This document shows positions 62,101 through 64,000 of a DNA stretch of 64,000 nt, piece after piece. Numbering within the stretch: position 1 is the first letter of the stretch; each line of letters starts with the position of its first letter. Origin of the DNA: Promethearchaeota archaeon. Its GTDB lineage: Archaea; Asgardarchaeota; Lokiarchaeia; Sigyniarchaeales; SOKP01. The position numbers and the translations under genes are program-made. The DNA lies in contig JAEOSU010000072.1 of assembly GCA_016840165.1 (NCBI GenBank), positions 128,001 to 192,000 on the forward strand, given 5' to 3'. The notes beneath the pieces were generated by a model. That model saw nothing but the letters and a program-made list of their open reading frames with translations, did no database searches and was not told the DNA's origin.

Positions 62101-63814
62101 TGTAAATTATTTAGATGTATATGGAAGTCTACTTAGTTCACAGATTGCATTATTCATCCTTTCTTTGTTTGAAATAGAACGTATGAAAACAAGAATCATG
62201 CTAATAATTCGATTAATGAGTTACTTTACCATCTCTTTGATGTTATTAGTGATATTAAGCCAATTTTTTATGATTAATCTTAGTTTATTGTATCTAGGTC
62301 TTGCGATATTTACCCTTATGCAGTTTTATAGTAATTATTTATATTATAAGATTAGGAAGGAGATAAAACCTGGAAAAGAATCAATATTTTTAAAATGGAA
62401 AAAATATAGACAAAGAGTTTTAGGAATTAGTTTTTACATTTTATTAATTGTTTACACTACACAGGTTCTTATAGTCATGGGAATGGAATTTCAGCTAATT
62501 TTATTTATTGATAGCTTGATTGCGCATATTTTAATGCTCGGAGATAGTTATTTATTCAAGTTTTTAGGTAAGTATGCTAATATTTTCGTTTTAATCACGT
62601 GGGGATCAATATTTGGCTTTTCATTCCTATATTTTATCACTTGGATCACGATATTCTCGTATTTAATCATTCCAGTTATTATTTTGTTATTATTACTCGA
62701 AATTACGTATTTAAACTTGATAATTCCTTATTCGAAAGTAATTAGAATTGATAAAAATAAGATCAAAAAATTTATTCTATATCTATACTATCTTAATTTT
62801 GTTAGCTGGCCCCTATTTTACATAAATCTTAACATTATACAAGCATTTAACGTGATTCTTTTATCCTTAGGAATATTATCGCTTGAGTTATTAATAGATA
62901 AGAGAATTAAAACAATACCTGATAAAATAAGGAAATGGTTGATTGAAATTGATATAATTTGTTTTGGAGCAATTCTATCCTTGGATATATTTCTCTTCTT
63001 AGAATTTTATGTAGCTCCTAACTTTTCGTTAAATATAAGCTTGGCTTTATTGGTTTTTATGCTTTTCATGGGATATGTAATAAAACCTCTAAAGAGAAAA
63101 AAAATAATCTCCTTCTTATACTGGACATCGATCTTTATTTTATTGAGTTTAATAACCTATAATTTAACCATTTCAGGATTTAGCTGGGGTTTTCTGATTT
63201 TTGGGATCATTTTGTATCCCTTCATCTTTATGTTGGAAGAGTTAAAAATCTTCATCGCAAACCTCGTAACTTTTATAAAAACCTCATTTATTAAGATCAA
63301 AAATGCGATTATTACACTGTATTATAGTACATTGAACTTCATAAAAAGAAATTTCAAATATGTGAAAATTTTGATAAGTCTTGGAATAGGGATATTAATC
63401 GGTCTTACATTCTCTGAATTCGGACTTGGAGTATTAAATATTTACCATTCCGTATTATTAACTCTTGCTATATTTGGTATGTTATTTGGTTTAATTCCTA
63501 GTAAGAAGGTTTCCGATCCGGATGATGTTTTTGAGCAGAAAATGAAACGCTTTATAACTATTTGGATAAGTACCTCTTTATTTATATACGTACTGCTATT
63601 ACCCTATATTGAATCATTTTTATATTCTTTAATACTTATGACCTCATCAATACTGGGGTTGAGTGCGATAGTTCTAATTTTTATTTACCGAAAGGAGAAG
63701 AAACAAAAAATTTCCATAAAGTGGCGCTTTTATACAACAATTATTTCGATAATATTAGTCATAATATGGATAATCCTGATTGTGTTCTGGTATTTTACTG
63801 AAGTACGAATTTGA
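56192..63814 (+). CDS. Giant (2540 aa) polytopic membrane protein with internal ~128-aa repeats
   Basis: 7.6-kb uninterrupted ORF of almost continuous TM hairpins; repeated motifs at 129-130 and 251-256 aa spacing. Confidence 0.9.
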   Translation: MNEEIIEDPKMRKWQIANMILSLFFIFITILFSYLIEYPIIILIIIPIIIIITYYEQKANVSPTKYSRFIYILSIVIVLGTINFWIIPSFIDFYPFNIQVIVFCISFYLLLQYFIRYEYFKKESVIIAQHILSYLTFIVIAYSFFPILSFEFSSISNESAALTLNVLAHILINLLVLLSSLYYLYLRHLKMKSSKVFNLILLTIFLLIELNFYAIINLLNFYRIDYGSFIQFLFIGLNLIPIIFLGYVLVNFILGIIPEQVEKKLSYILLWIILSLSSFSIIFVFYTSFQIVLITILIFSVISQLLLTIGWKFTYISEISLRKLRIIILYAIYLDLFVLTFTPFFDLLQMINFEYPILFSIYFSLLIIAIIHNICYSQFRISKLFLFSLNVLSLLFTTLLIFLFCMFFTSGTYYSLIIPVLFSCLFLFIALFYIKSIVKSKILLNKLIFYNLYIVSALITSIPYFITFEMVKLGYTVDFLSPFNFSLYILYFILALLYIFSRNLSFKEDSRDLLLKIQVGIEVLIAFTTIFYYPYLLLRGTTYQFILPILFTSAFAFLPLFFSYKKRFFPKIVNKYTIIFNVLILWGCIISLPSFVAMELTLLGFVVDLYLVVLITGIIVFAFLLFLNNVAKYLSLTSRTIEIIKMFQLINWMIVCVLSSWQVFLFIDGLFHVILLPEISIAISVIFFLLINLINLPLLESFKQIVFENRKSRYDYYKIYKIYEYNKNVIYFGLIFAISFLISLLPRQFGLYSIIFIEESFIFPLLIQIAILTLFSLLLMHIKISSFKIEFVKVKLILEMICWFCLKIIICLFVILFSVQISVINRIFLGVLVFSILSPISVYYLNEKFIILEPSIKRMKQGILALFLVSIISFFAEFYWLLYFELAIIAIDQLYLIINSLFIVYLYLNFTTIHYKHIIEEEKSISLYKFFGINILLLSSVILINSIFFLFFLILLYSLILYNRNRSIIFRLIMYLALSIFCFNEFIINFDSINFLKTYSVNEYGLVPFLGLASIMSVLTFSIIINSRGENFIESRLLYVLISLFSYISFITFTSIAQIYSVSLSASVLLLFLGITLHLQSNAKSKWYIGLSILVLIFDFVLFLSETIFFTGILFQTSKTILSYTLAFSITEILLVLIFKSSSGKLRKYSFYGAFGLLLATLPTFTYFFLISLFALPLFEPIIFIISVDVFILVFYLSIATYQKQISWQVWRTGWWLWILCPVANFYIIYESLAGIDLFTSSLSFFGLFNINGSFIVALMICIVISLPFWYSWIKKHFSETLFIVWGLSLFALYWLSQNIFASNIFFTNFLFVVFAVFLLIPILFWMKLWKLFSISWAIFSITVISFLIILFNALGFLIEMNYSLNIIISGGFLLIASFFPTLRAQKSLILIFSYAIVIIGTFLSVFYINYFIFLNIFIALAMSLIIIGASLFTSRIFKLNQFIFNTVISIALISGLSLLTYSTFSLIPNFELGALFLTMTVGGLSFFVFNHFKMLLGINKIIPLAILSLGLSLSLSSFVLAFLPGTIFLAATVFISINIAFFYFVLYELRYVLLYLIPIPISTFFLEFIGLIEIFRPLIVFILIALMLYTTSFQLILNILNPAKSKSVDIEYKGLLKIYNDQKRIRVINFSALVLNSTYFSLFITLISPLSLLYQILEFLIVWSVLILFSLRYFRKWNLDKEFIDLASIIFKFSSIIAVLLYFELAFLVFGILLEYFLLELQICILMSLIFYFLLSLLDIYVIKRGHRHLMHLFNIADYILITIFLIAFLNQFLFINTNLLLLIIILILLMQFYTNYGIFSFLKDFESLEKTKLENMKEIGKNIITNLLFLAISLYGANFITNMIQQTYPTISIISLLSSYIMIFSIFMYIFNMVFKTKYQRVLTSSFFITFQILLAIFWISLFSFLDLLTLYSFALLLIIETIFTFYSVNLIDKLLSGKIKENLKPKIYVILSLLVYFEFSFLVFSIAVNYLDVYGSLLSSQIALFILSLFEIERMKTRIMLIIRLMSYFTISLMLLVILSQFFMINLSLLYLGLAIFTLMQFYSNYLYYKIRKEIKPGKESIFLKWKKYRQRVLGISFYILLIVYTTQVLIVMGMEFQLILFIDSLIAHILMLGDSYLFKFLGKYANIFVLITWGSIFGFSFLYFITWITIFSYLIIPVIILLLLLEITYLNLIIPYSKVIRIDKNKIKKFILYLYYLNFVSWPLFYINLNIIQAFNVILLSLGILSLELLIDKRIKTIPDKIRKWLIEIDIICFGAILSLDIFLFLEFYVAPNFSLNISLALLVFMLFMGYVIKPLKRKKIISFLYWTSIFILLSLITYNLTISGFSWGFLIFGIILYPFIFMLEELKIFIANLVTFIKTSFIKIKNAIITLYYSTLNFIKRNFKYVKILISLGIGILIGLTFSEFGLGVLNIYHSVLLTLAIFGMLFGLIPSKKVSDPDDVFEQKMKRFITIWISTSLFIYVLLLPYIESFLYSLILMTSSILGLSAIVLIFIYRKEKKQKISIKWRFYTTIISIILVIIWIILIVFWYFTEVRI

Positions 63815-63881
63815 ACTATACTAAATGAGATAATAATTTAAGGTTAGATTATTTCATAATATAGATAGAAAAAACGAGAAG

Positions 63882-63998
63882 TTATTTAAGATTCTTTTCT
63901 TTCCACTTATTTAAATATTCCCTAAAATCATTTTCATCAAGACCAAGCGCATTTTTTTTGGTTTTAGGTTCTATTTTTGATGGAAATTTTTTAAATCC
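63882..63998 (-). CDS. C-terminal end of a gene entering from the right window edge
   Basis: Open frame GFKKFPSKIEPKTKKNALGLDENDFREYLNKWKEKNLK*. Confidence 0.6.
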   Translation of the reverse strand, partial: GFKKFPSKIEPKTKKNALGLDENDFREYLNKWKEKNLK

Positions 63999-64000
63999 AA

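Noticed and set aside
56192-63814. Piezo orthologue (similar length, 4-TM units)
   Set aside because: No large extracellular cap between the last TMs, no long beam or cytoplasmic regions, no PFEW-like motif, and about twice as many TMs; kept only as an analogy
1-64000. CRISPR array, rRNA, IS/transposase or provirus
   Set aside because: No regularly spaced repeats, no long GC-rich structural RNA, and no transposase, integrase or capsid motifs seen

Overview
AT-rich archaeal chromosomal window, most likely an Asgard (Lokiarchaeia-like) genome. This is inferred from archaeal Alba, CdhB/CdhC, a PolB1-like polymerase, tetraether synthase, heliorhodopsin, GGTGA Shine-Dalgarno motifs, a BHB-intron tRNA and many beta-oxidation paralogues. 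1-15 kb is a lipid-catabolism cluster (DUF35, SCP2, a thiolase-fold protein lacking the nucleophilic Cys, crotonases, acyl-CoA ligases, a CrtI/RetSat-like flavoprotein with its own ferredoxin reductase). Housekeeping and accessory genes follow, and the window ends with a 313-aa plus 2540-aa membrane-protein pair built from repeated transmembrane units. Signals missing from the ORF track: (i) a tRNA-Thr(UGU) with two non-canonical BHB introns (32/33 and 59/60); (ii) three orphaned gene ends: a 114-bp promoter+5' copy of a crotonase gene bracketing a 2.1-kb cassette, an 82-bp diverged 3' copy of pncB bracketing a SIR2-TPR gene, and a threonine aldolase 5' stub in front of the lipid operon, together suggesting integrase-free, gene-end-anchored cassette acquisition; (iii) a probable ATT start codon for pncB. 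I saw no CRISPR array, rRNA, transposase or integrase. Family assignments come from motif recognition by eye, not database searches.
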